Shown here: piece after piece, positions 52,976-64,000 of the stretch | How the letters are laid out: every line of letters begins with the position of its first letter | Numbering within the stretch: the first letter of the stretch is position 1 | DNA from: Camelus ferus | Taxonomy: Eukaryota | Assembly: GCF_009834535.1 (NCBI RefSeq) | Contig: NC_045697.1 | Coordinates: 22,012,001-22,076,000, forward strand | DNA: 64,000 bases | Reading direction: 5' to 3' | Notes under the pieces: model-generated | Databases searched by the model: none | What the model saw: only the letters and a program-made list of their open reading frames with translations | Told to the model about the DNA's origin: nothing | Position numbers and translations under genes: made by a program

Positions 52976-55769
52976 ACTAAGACCAGACGTATTGAGCGCT
53001 TTAGAATAGCTGTGAAGATTCACAGGAAGAAATGAACATACGAAATGGTAAACTATGTAACTAACAATCTGGATTATATATATATTTTTGTGGGAAGAAA
53101 AAACAATGTAAAATCAAGCAGCGTGGCAGAAGTATCATTTGATTAAAAACCCCCAGTTATTTTATAAGGAATGACCAAAGCTACCCAGAAGATTGCACGT
53201 GTTGGTACATTTTTTCATAGCAATTTTACTGTGGTTTATGAAAATGTAAGTTTCTCTCCTGAAAGTTTTATTGTGAAGAGTAATAGTTTTGAAAACATGA
53301 TCAGTAGATCAAGGAGTAAAATAATATTATGATAAAACCTGTAGCCTGGATGTTATGATAATGGAAGAAAAATGTCTGGCTCAAGCTGGTTTAGACCATT
53401 TCAAGATGGCATTACAATATCCGCAGATTTCAAACACCAGAGGTAAAATCCCCTGAAGAATACACCCACTTACATTACTGTGACCTTGATGCTTGTCAAA
53501 ATCATTCACTGTTTAACTTCACTAGCTGAGTTGATGCCTTAGAGTTCATTATAGCTGACTCACTTTAAGCCAAACTGGCTAGCACAGTAGGGCATTCTGG
53601 GCCCCTTGTTGACACAAAAATGAAATAGTTAACAATGAGAAGCTAGCTTTTGGTTGTCAGCAATTTCAAAAATAGAGTAGCAAGTGACAGACACACCAAG
53701 TTTAGAGTGGTTTGGATTATAAGAACAACATTTTTTTCCTTTAAATGGTGAATCAGCAATTGTATGGTAAGTCATATAACAAGGATTTCAGGAACAAATA
53801 TGCCCCAGGGCACTGGATTTGATCTGGGCAGAAATTATTAACATTACTCAGGGCAAAAGGCTTTGTTCCTGCTGGCCACCTGCAGTGTTTAGTAATGCCC
53901 TTTTACCGTTCTATCAAGGGCCCTGCCTCGACCGTCTGACTTGACATTGGACACTACTGAGAGGAGACAGGCATGCAGAGAGTGAGTGATTAATGTAAGC
54001 CCTTCTGTAGCTAGCCAGAGGCTTAAGGAATTCTTTTCTACAGCATTCCAGAGATAATTGCCCACCATTTTATCTAGGAAAGCGTGAAGTCATTAAAAAA
54101 ATATGTCAAACTGTGACATGAAGGAGGGTAGTGTTATACAAGGAAGGAAATAAAAAAACAAAATGGAAAATGGAGGTTGAAAAAGAATATATGTGAGTCT
54201 GTAGAGTCTTTGGGGAGTGGAGTTCATTTAACCAACGTAGATCAGTTTTTCAGATTGATAAACTCAAAGGTTTTATGTAATTTGCCCCTTAGAATCTGAC
54301 AAACTTGCATGAATTCCCTGAAAATTACTGTTTTATAAGTTGACTAATATACTTGACAGCTGAAAACTTTTCTTCACTTTTTATAAATTAAATCTCACTT
54401 GATTGTTAAATGTCTCTATTAATGAAACTAAACACAGTGCATACTTTAAAAATAATCGATTAGAAGTATGTATAACATTATTGTGCTTGAATCCTTTACT
54501 GCCTTATATGCAATCAATTCCATTCCAATTTGGCATCCACAATCCACAAGAGCATCTTAGGTTCCAAAATACTGTAGCCAAATATCCTCTTCATCACGCT
54601 GGGGCTGGGGGCTCAGGGAGATAATCGACTTCAGTTGTGTTCAGAATGCCTGGGCGCTCCATATGGCCTCTTTTCCATTGGCAAGTTAGTCCTTAAAATC
54701 TTAGAGGATTCCACTACATATGCATAAGTATTATAAATTAATGTTCTAATGTGCTTTGAGCCCCTTGCTGAATGAATGACAGGCAGAATGAAAAGAAAAA
54801 GAAAAATGTATTTAAAAAAACCCAAGACAGGAAACAAAAACAAAACCATAGGCATGTGGTTCTCCCCAGGCACCGGAATTAGGAGTTTGAAGAGACTCAA
54901 AGACTTGATCCTTTCTTTTCTGGAATCAACTCTTGGGAGATATACGGAAATTAGGCAGTGTTTTGATACCTTAGCTTTGAGAAGTGGCTGTAATCATTCC
55001 AGTCAAACTTCTTACATCATCGTAAATTATCGCTGCTTTTTAAACATATTTTAAAGAGTTTTTTCTTTGCAGTTTTAAAAGAAAAACAGAAAACGCATTT
55101 AGCCACATGGACGTGATTTATCAGAAGGTTCATTTATTTAAAAACAATTCTTAAAAAGCCCTCATTTTAATGAATGAGCCCAGGAACTGGGTCTCTCCTC
55201 TCTCTTCCTTTCCTTCCTTTCTGCCTTCCTGCCTTCCTGCCTCCCTTCTTTTTTCCTTTTAAGGAAACTTCAGATTCCTTCTCTCTGTCTGCTCCCTGGA
55301 ACCATAGAGCACTGTAGATCTTATTTTCTGTTGCAGAACAGTAATTTACAGAAAAAATAATTCCACCAAGGACCACCAAGTAAACAAAGTCTAGCAGCCA
55401 GGATTTCATTCTCAAACCAGGGATCATTCTTTCTTACAAATCAATTCACCATTCATACATTAGAAATCTAAGAGTATTTTACTGACTGTAGGAACAAAGC
55501 TTCACTTCCTTCTTTCCTTTCTTTTGGGTATTGTTTTCAAGTAATACACTAGTAGACAGAGACTGAACAAAATCAAGTAACAATGAAACACTAATGCTAA
55601 AAGGCCACCCTGAATTCACAATAATGTATCATCAATTAATAACTTTTATATACATACTACGTATGTATGTAGTAATTGCTATGGATTAGAGAGTATATAT
55701 AATTGCTATCATAGATATCACCAGTTAATTACTAAATATTTTAATCTTTATTATTATCATTATTCATTA

Positions 55770-55995
55770 GCAGAGATCAGGTTGCGTAAAGGAAAAAGGA
55801 AGGAATTTTTGGTCAAGTTGACTTAAGTTTAAGTTCTCACCCTTCTTGGGCCTCATTTCTTCATCCATAAAGTGAGGTTAACTATCCATAGTTTATATGG
55901 CTATTGTATGGATCAAAAGTCACAGAGTATGCTAAGTACCTAACATAGTGTCTGACTCATCGAAATGCTTAATAAATGGCAGCTAATATTATTTC
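55770..55995 (+). mobile_element. MIR SINE
   Basis: 'gggcctcatttcttcatccataaagtgagg...acatagtgtctgactcat..atgcttaataaatggcagctaatattatt'. Confidence 0.75.
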
Positions 55996-56069
55996 ATATT
56001 ATGCAAGTTGAGTAATAATTACTGGTCTCCTTGGACCATCCTTGGTGGGGAGGAGGTCAGAGAAATTTT

Positions 56070-56195
56070 TATTTTCTGCCACGGCAATGAAGGAAATGTA
56101 ACACTTCCTCAAGGTCACCCAGCAAGTCACTCTCTGTCATTAGAACTTAAGGGTTTTCGGCTTCGCTGTCTGATTTTCAGTCCATTAGGCCACAA
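56070..56195 (-). mobile_element. MIR fragment
   Basis: 'cacttcctcaaggtcacccagcaagt...ctgtctgatttt'. Confidence 0.5.
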
Positions 56196-56561
56196 AGTCA
56201 TCAAAACAAACCAGAAAAGAACACCATCAAAAAGCAAAAGTAATAAAATCAAAGGATCCTGGAGCAGTACTGTACTAAAAGCCATCTGCTATCTTAGTCC
56301 ACATTCTCAAGCCTCTTGAAATGTTATTTGTAAAGCCTTTAAAAGGCTTGACTGGAAGCCTTCATGCCTTTTTAAAGATACAGTATATCTATTGCTGACT
56401 CATGCAGTCTGAATTAAGAATTGTAATATAGATTTTTGAATATACATCAGAGAAATGCCAATACTTTTTACATTGCCAAAGCCCTTAGGCTTTTGCTGTT
56501 GAGAAAGTAGCTTTATGATTAGCTAAGCAGACGGTTGTTGTTACAGCAGTAATGGTGAGGA

Positions 56562-56585
56562 GTGTGTGTGTGTGTGTGTGTGTGT
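56562..56585. repeat. (GT)12 microsatellite
   Basis: directly visible. Confidence 0.95.
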
Positions 56586-58982
56586 CTGTGTATATATAAA
56601 GTGTCTTTGGAGGAGCAGAGCTAGTTGAACAAAAGTGTTTGCAACATTTAAATGATAATAAATAATGGCACGCATATTGTTTCAGTTCTTTTTTTAAACC
56701 CAGTGTTCTTACCAGCCTGCGAGAATTTCTGTGCCATAATCAGGTGAAAAGAAAAAAAGAAAAGACACATAATGCTGTCTTAGCATTTCTGCTTGACTTT
56801 GGTACCTCTTTTCTCTGCCTTGCTCTGTCAGGTGCCCTTCTTCTTCCCACTTCTTTCCTCATTTGGGCTTGGCAGGCACACTTTCGCTCGCTGCCAGTGT
56901 GGTGACCTTAAACTCGCTCACTTAAGTGGCTGATCTCATCTCTTCCTTCATGTGGTTTGTGGGATTTTTTTTCCCCTCTTTGGTTTATTACTTCCTTCTA
57001 CCACCTTGTAGTTTTGCCATTCTCATTGTACTTCCGTTATTGTATGATCTTTTACAAATACAACAATAAATATTTAAAACATAAAGCCTTTTTAATGCCA
57101 GTTGTGGAGGCAGATATTTCTTTATGTGAACAATAATGAGGAGGAAAAATGGATTTCTCCAAGCATTATAAAGCCCCAACGAAATAGAGGGCAAATTCTC
57201 AAGTTACAGGATTCTACTTGTCCTATTTCTGAGGAAAAGAGCAAAAGAAAAAAAATTTTTTGCAGATATTTTAAGAGATGGCAAAACAGGGAATCAAACC
57301 AAAGTCATCACAAAAGGCTCCCAGTGTGGACCCAGCCATCTGCATATAGTTCACAGAACTCTTCTGTTTATTTATGAGTCGTGGAATGTGTAAAGCCAAC
57401 TTCTAGCTGTAAAAGGACATACAGTTGCTCTCATATAATTTCTTTGGCCATTTTTTTTTCCTGCAAAATCAAGAGTTCGCTTTTTCATATGCAGGGAAAT
57501 ACTGCCATGCATAAGGACTCAGTTTTGGGAAATTCAAATTCCTTTGCTAAAGCATTTAAAATGACAACTAAAAAATATACTGAAAACATAAGGGCATAGG
57601 ATTTAAATAAATGCAACTGATCTTGACATGTGTACATTCAAGTAATATACCTGCTAAGAATACTTTAGAATGGCTCTAATGGACTCCGAAAAAGAAACAG
57701 AATTAAATTGAAGACAGAAACATTAAGTTTCTGGTATAACTTGGCTCTTTTCAAGATAAAAATCTTCGATTAAAACAGGCACAAAAAAAGACAATGAAAA
57801 AAGCCATATATTTTACCTTATAACTTCATGATTTTCTTCATAGTAAGATTTTTCCAGAGGTTTTTATAGGGAAAACATGATTCCTCAAATTTCATCATGA
57901 TATAATGAGTTCAAGGAGCTAAATTGTTTATACATTAAAAAAATTAAATGTCTCTGCCATTCTGGTTCTGCAGCTCTGGGCTTTATCTTTCTAGTTAAAA
58001 AGAACATTATGTTTTGCAGGCCAGCAACTTCCTTGATATGATGTTTTAGTTTAATCTATCCAAAACATTACCCTCCAGACATTCTAAGAAAGTTGCTTTT
58101 CTGACATATGTGATTTTATGATCTCGCTGAAACATTTTCAGCCTTAAGCAGGGAACACAAATAGATGGAAATAGGTGATAGCTTGAGTGTTTGACCTCTA
58201 AATGTGGGTTTGAAGTTACCCACCCCCAACCTCGAATATGTGAAAATGTGAAATGATACATATACCCAGAAATATAAAAATATAAACAAACGCCACACTA
58301 GGCCAGGTCAGAATTATCTAACTCCAAATTGTCTTTGTCTCCTTATCATTTCCAGGGGGTCTTGGCTAACACCTGGGGATAGAGAGTGTGCGTACGAAGG
58401 AATGGTTACTACCTGCAAAAAAGGAAAGAAAAAAAAAAAAGATGAAGCAAGTTTAATATTCTCTAGAGTTCTCTATTGCCAAACAGAAAGTCTTCCTATC
58501 TATGTATTTAAGATCCTTACCCACAAGGAAGATGTCAGCAGTAAATACATTTTCTTTAAGAATGCAAAGTCAGAGATCAGGGTTTCATAAGCTTGGAGTG
58601 AGAAAGACAGAGGCCATTGGTCACATGATTGGCTCCGAGGAGAGAGCTCAATGTGGAAAACAAACTTGACAATAATAAAAACTGAGCTTTGGTTTTTTGC
58701 CTCTGCTTTTAATAATAATCTCAGCTACCTATATAATATGTTAGGAAGAGCTATAAACCCATTGGAAGAATTCCTTTATCACTTGTGATACTGTATATGG
58801 CGCTCTATGTACTAGGTTAGGAACCCAGAAATAACCTGCCCTTGAGGAGTGCAGAAATTTATTGAACACATAAAAACACCCAATTAAAGCATATAAAAAT
58901 ACATACCAATAGATGCCCAGTTGTCATTTCCTCTGGGGATCATATCCCTTTTTATTCACTCTGATATCATTTTCCTCTCTTT

Positions 58983-59091
58983 AAAACAAAAAATGTAATT
59001 AATTAATTATTTTAATGAAGGTACTGGGGATTCACCCAGGACCTCACGCATGCTAAGCACGCACCCTACCACTGAGCTATTTCCCTCCCGC
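58983..59091 (-). mobile_element. tRNA-derived SINE, Vic-1-like, with 15-bp TSD
   Basis: minus strand GGGAGGGAAATAGCTCAGTGGTAGGGTGCGTGCTTAGCATGCGTGAGGTCCTGGG; TSD cattttcctctcttt (58968-58982) / catgttcctctcttt (59092-59106). Confidence 0.9.
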
Positions 59092-59109
59092 CATGTTCCT
59101 CTCTTTTGA

Positions 59110-59310
59110 AACACTTTTCACATTTGCAACTGATAGTTTCTTTGCGGGATCTGATTAATATCTGTATTCTATACCAGATTTTAAGGTCTTGTAATGGAGG
59201 AAACCATGAATATTTAAATTCAACTTTGTGTCAGGAGCACACCTAGGCATCTCAATGAATACCTTCTTGAGTAGGTGGATGTATGGATGAATGAATGAGT
59301 AAATGAAAGT
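59110..59310 (+). mobile_element. L2 3' terminus
   Basis: 'taggcatctcaatgaatac...gatgaatgaatgagtaaatgaa'. Confidence 0.55.
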
Positions 59311-61959
59311 TATATACAATGTGATGTGGTACACTTGGTATTATGTAATATGAGGTTGGAGGTGAAGGTGGGTTTTAAGGATCCGCAATACCATAGATAT
59401 TAGATCATGCTCTGTAGGAGGCAGTTAAAGCATTTGAGCAGGTCTGTGACATTATAAGTCTGATGATTCGGCAGACCACTGTGAAGGTTCTATGGAGGAA
59501 GAATCAAGAGAGAGATGGCAGCGAGGAACACGCTGGATAGTGTAGCGGTGGTCATCACCACAGTACTCTGTATTATTGTTTGCATAGTATGCACTACTCC
59601 CTGAAATTTGCTTATTTATACGTTTATTATGTATCAAACCCTACTTATCCTTCCACGGGAGAAGAGAGAGAGTCTGTGTCATTCAATACTGTAGCCGCAG
59701 CAATTTCAACTACTCACATAAGGTAGAGCCGTAATATTTACTGAATAAATAAATGAATAGTTTTTTTTTTAAGAACTTGAGCACAGTTAGGGAGCAGTTT
59801 ATGAATGTCCGCTGGGCTGTCTATTGTATCTTATTTCTACCTATCCTTTTCCTGGACATGCACCTTTTAATCTACCTTCCATCTTGGAGGCATCGGAGAC
59901 TTTAAATAAAACAGAAATAATTCTTCCAGTTGAGAATGTAGCAAGTATTTTCAAAGACTGTCACATTTTCTGATTTGTCTTCACCTTTTTCAGCCTGTGG
60001 TCTGTGAGACATGAGGCGAACAAACAAATAAACAAACAAAAACCTACTCAAGCTAAATTTAACACATAATCTAAATAACAAGCTTGCTCCTGCAGCCCTT
60101 TAGATTTTGTCCTTTAGGGATTTGTGGTACATTTGGGCTGGGATTGCAATTTACCGTTTCATCAAAGTTAGAATAGCCTGTTCTTATCAGCACAAGAATC
60201 TGTTCAAATAAGTTTACAACTGCACTTTCTCCTAGTAACAAAAAATCTTTTTCTCTGCCCAGGCATTTAAAATTCTTCCAAAACCTCAGTAATTCACTGT
60301 GATGATTTTCTTGCAAGTCTCTGTTGTAAAAGAAGTCATAGTATCCAGAAGCAGATGAATGACCTTGACAACCAAAGTCTATTTTCTGTTAAAAGTCACT
60401 GCACTGTATGGTTCTCTTGTCTTCAAAGTCCAGAAATTTTCTTAGGTGAAAAGTTGGGAAAATCAGTTTATTTACATACGTGGTTCATTTTGAGTCTACA
60501 TTGTGGATGGTTCCCAAGCACTAGGTTCTTATATGTAGCATGTGGACGTGTGTATTAGCTCTCACTAGATAAATATACATCAATTAAACATGAACAGTGT
60601 GATCTGAAAAATTAGCAATTTCTGTATAGCAATCCTGAGTCTTGCAATGTTATCAAAAAAGCAAAAACAAAAAGAAAAACAGCCCACCATTGGTAAATTA
60701 CCACTATGGGGGTAAACAAAAGTATGATAAACAATTTGATTTTTTTTCTTAAATACTTAGCTGTAATTATCAGAATAATAAGCTTTTCAAATAAATAGTT
60801 ACATTCTAATCAGTCATCTGTGAACTCTGTGGGTCCCAGATATATAAGTACTGACTTTCATAGACTTTCACTGCATACTTTTTATTTCATACTTGGCCTT
60901 TTCTAGCTTTTTAAGAGCCTTCTATAGTTGTTTCTAAAATAAGTGTAGAATCAAGGTACTTGGAAAGAAGTTATAGAAACTTAAACCTGTAAATTTCCTT
61001 CCCCAAATCAAGTATTCACAAAAATCATATTATCTGCATTTGTGTTTGTATTTATATATTATTATGTAATATATATACTATATAATATATGTAGTACAAA
61101 TTCCTTCCTTGTTTCAAAAATAACTTGAGCATATGTCAGTTTCCCTGCTAATGAAATAAGCAAACTTGTTCCAGGGTAGTGGTGGGCAATATTGAAAAAG
61201 GGCAAATTAATACTTCTAATAATTAAGATTCAGTTGTTCTAATTGTGCTCCATATGATCAGTGTTAGGTAGGACTAGTCAAGACACATCTCTTCCACATT
61301 TGAGTGGGCTGGAGGGGAGAAGCACAGCAAGTATCCTTTGAAAAAAAAACCCCAAAACCCTGTGTGATTCTGGCTACTAAAAGTGCATCTTAGAACGTAT
61401 AGCCCCTCCCCCAACCTTCTTTTCACCTACCATGGGCACCAAGACCACTAATCTTCAGGGGAGTTTTGTAGATAGTCATTATCAGTGAAGTCCTTCTAAA
61501 GGGCTTAAATACTTAAGTGATTTCCCTTGGAGCACTAATGGTGAATTATGCAGTGCTCTAATTGTGCTATTAGTTTATCTAAGCTAAAATGCAATCTGCT
61601 TAATTTGAGGGTTTTATTACACATTGGTCTCAAAAGGTGAAACACATTAAAAGCATATCGGTTCTTTTAACAGGAGATTAAGCCTATCAGATGCTGTATT
61701 GGATGGAAAGATCATCTGTCACGTTTACTTTAAATATTTGTATGAGATGTTTCTTTTGATGCAGAAATGTAACTTTGAAAATTTGTGGGATACTTGTTTA
61801 ACGTTTATTAACTTGTCATCATTTGTGGAGCCCGAGTTACAGTTCTTTTAGTAAAACCTACACCAACCTCATGATACATCTAATCAATATATGAATTTAT
61901 TATGAAACTATACCACTCACTTTGCGGTATGTTTAAAACCTTAAAACACAGGAAATGAT

Positions 61960-62300
61960 TATGAATAGGCAGAGCAGACAGGACTTTTAGGGCAATGAAA
62001 CTATTCTGTGTGATACTGTGATGGTAGATACACACCATTATAAATTTGTCCAAACTCATAGAATGTACAACGCCAAGGGTGAACCCTAAGGTAAAATGTG
62101 GACTCTAGGTAATAATAATGTGTTAATTGATTTTAACAAAGGTAACCACTCTGGTGGGGGATGGTAATAGAGGAGAAGATGTATGTGTGTGTGTGTATGT
62201 GGAGGGCAGGAAGAGTATGGAAAATCTCTGTGCTTTCTGCTCAGTTTTTCAGTGAGCCCAACACTACTCTAAGAAATAAAACCTATTTTTTAAGAAAGAA
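61960..62300 (+). mobile_element. old L1 (L1MC-like) 3' end
   Basis: 'atgaataggcagagca..ggacttttagggcaatgaaactattctgtgtgatactg...tttgtccaaactcatagaatgtacaac..agggtgaaccctaa...aaatctctgtgctttctgctcagttt'. Confidence 0.85.
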
Positions 62301-62545
62301 AGAAAAGAACCCAGTTCTGCATAAAGTTAACATGGACCAGGATGATTCTTATTTGATTACTGTGAAACTGGAAATTGATTCTACACTATGAAAGGTGCTT
62401 TAGAAATGCTCTATTTTTAAATTGAGTTTTCATCTTGGAATTATCTTAAAGATAATTTAATCAGCTTAATCAGCAGATACAATGTTTATCAACTCACTAA
62501 ATTTTTCCTTAATAGTGGTGGCTAAATGTCTGAATATATCTAAGG

Positions 62546-62756
62546 CGGTGTTTCTCAACCGTGGCACTGACATTGTGGACCAGGTAATTCTTTTCTTTGC
62601 ACCTGGCTGTCCTGTGAGTTGCAGGATATTTAGTAGCATCCTAGGTATTCATCCATTAGACGACAATAGTGCCACCCAAGTTGTGAAGAGCGAAAATACC
62701 TCCAGAATTTGCCAGATGTCCCCTGAGGGGAAATTACCTTCCATTGAGAGCTACTT
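62546..62756. mobile_element. MER20 hAT-Charlie MITE
   Basis: 'cggtgtttctcaaccgtggcactgacatt...gcaggatatttagtagcatcc...tttgccagatgtcccctgagggg...ttgagagctact'; degenerate 8-bp TSD atctaagg/ttttaagg. Confidence 0.88.
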
Positions 62757-62817
62757 TTTTAAGGTAAATGTGCACGACTATATTTTATTATTTAAAATAT
62801 GTGGCACATGGGCACAC

Positions 62818-62841
62818 GTGTGTGTGTGTGTGTGTGTGTGT
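62818..62841. repeat. (GT)n microsatellite
   Basis: directly visible. Confidence 0.95.
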
Positions 62842-63429
62842 TTAATTTCCCAGTTCTGTGTAGAAATCAGGTTTTTAAAAGGCAAGAGTGCAGAGGTAAA
62901 AACAAAAATTCTTTAATTCTGTTTATAATTTACAAGGCTACTATCAGACTTTATGCTTTTGCCTCTTTTCTTCATGTGGTGGATTGACAAATGATGGATG
63001 CAGATTTGTATGTACCCTCTTGCTCAAAGAACGTGCAGGAGTGAGAACCTGCAATCAGTAGACTGAGCTTTCTGCGTTAGGGGCTGCTTCAGACTAGCTG
63101 TGCTGCAGGCCTCCTATGGGCTTCACACCAGAAGGCTTTAACATAAACATTTGGCTGAAACGTCTTTATAGGACACATCCAGCTGTCCTGTGAAGGAACT
63201 GTTGCCCACACCCACGCACATTAATGTATGACTTGCCAAAATGTTTGGTTGCCTTCACATAGACAAAGGCACAATGCAAATGTGAACAGTATACTGTTAT
63301 ATTATCACTTTCTTAGCCAACCAAGTGAACTTGGACTTTGTCCATATGTAAGATGATTTTGTGGCCCTTTTTTCCAAAGTATAATGGAAATTATTAGCTG
63401 AAATTTTAGGTTGAAATAACTTAGAAGTT

Positions 63430-63580
63430 ACTATTTCAAATCATAATATAATAAATTGATATATAATTTTATTATATATTATATTCACTGTATTTATTAT
63501 ATATGTCATATATTATTATATTTCGTATAATAAATTATAATACTTATATAGTAAATTATAATAATAAGTTAGAAATTATT
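63430..63580. repeat. AT-rich low-complexity tract
   Basis: degenerate TATA/ATTAT repeats with very few G or C. Confidence 0.8.
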
Positions 63581-64000
63581 AGATGGAAATCACTATTGTT
63601 GAGAATGATGATTCTAAGTTAATCTTATAGTGGATTTAATAATACAAAGGAGTTTTACAAATAAACTACAGCAAGATTTTTATTTTGTTTTTGAGAATTA
63701 CATCATATATTTTGCAAAGAGTTTTTCCTTTTCTATTGTATCTTCTTACTCTTTCCTCTCTCCCACTTTCCTTTATTACTTCGTTCGTATTTCCTACTAC
63801 TGTTGCATCTCTAAATCGAGCAATCTATCAATGTGAACTTGAGATTAAGAGGTGACACCAATAAAGACAGCGCATTACTTTAAAACAATTTTCAAGAGAA
63901 AAATGCACACCTCTTCCCATGTTGCTGCTATTACTATGTATTTAATGAATTCGCTTGCCACACTCCTGCTCTGTCTTTAATGAGCAGTATTATCTTCCCT

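Noticed and set aside
62482..62916. 144-aa ATG-initiated ORF
   Set aside because: Runs through MER20 and a GT microsatellite.
1..64000. CRISPR arrays, operons, CpG-island promoter, processed pseudogene
   Set aside because: No regularly spaced repeats, no gene-dense coding, CpG is depleted throughout, and no recognisable retrocopied mRNA.

Overview
This is AT-rich, CpG-poor mammalian genomic DNA. It is most likely camelid (camel, alpaca or llama), because it carries three tRNA-derived SINEs that I recognise from memory as Vic-1. There is no intact protein-coding ORF, RNA gene, CpG island or prokaryotic-type system; the ORFs I could assign are retroelement remnants or microsatellite translations, and the rest look like chance ORFs. 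The window reads as an intron of a large gene, tentatively transcribed on the + strand, or as intergenic DNA. It is populated by MIR, L2, L1, MLT1 LTR and hAT (MER20, MER91A, MER96B-like) fossils and microsatellites. The most notable observations are: (1) a ~317-bp TSD-flanked insertion (19902-20218, minus) that joins an L1 5'UTR start directly to an L1 3'UTR/polyA, i.e. a spliced or internally deleted mini-L1 inside a nested L2>MIR stack; (2) a clean 27-nt candidate microexon (28908-28934, DNFNIPVSE) plus two weaker exon candidates; (3) a SINE fused to an L1 3' end; (4) homeodomain/POU motif clusters in repeat-poor stretches. Repeat family names come from recalled consensus similarity, not a database search. 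Boundaries of old repeats are approximate.
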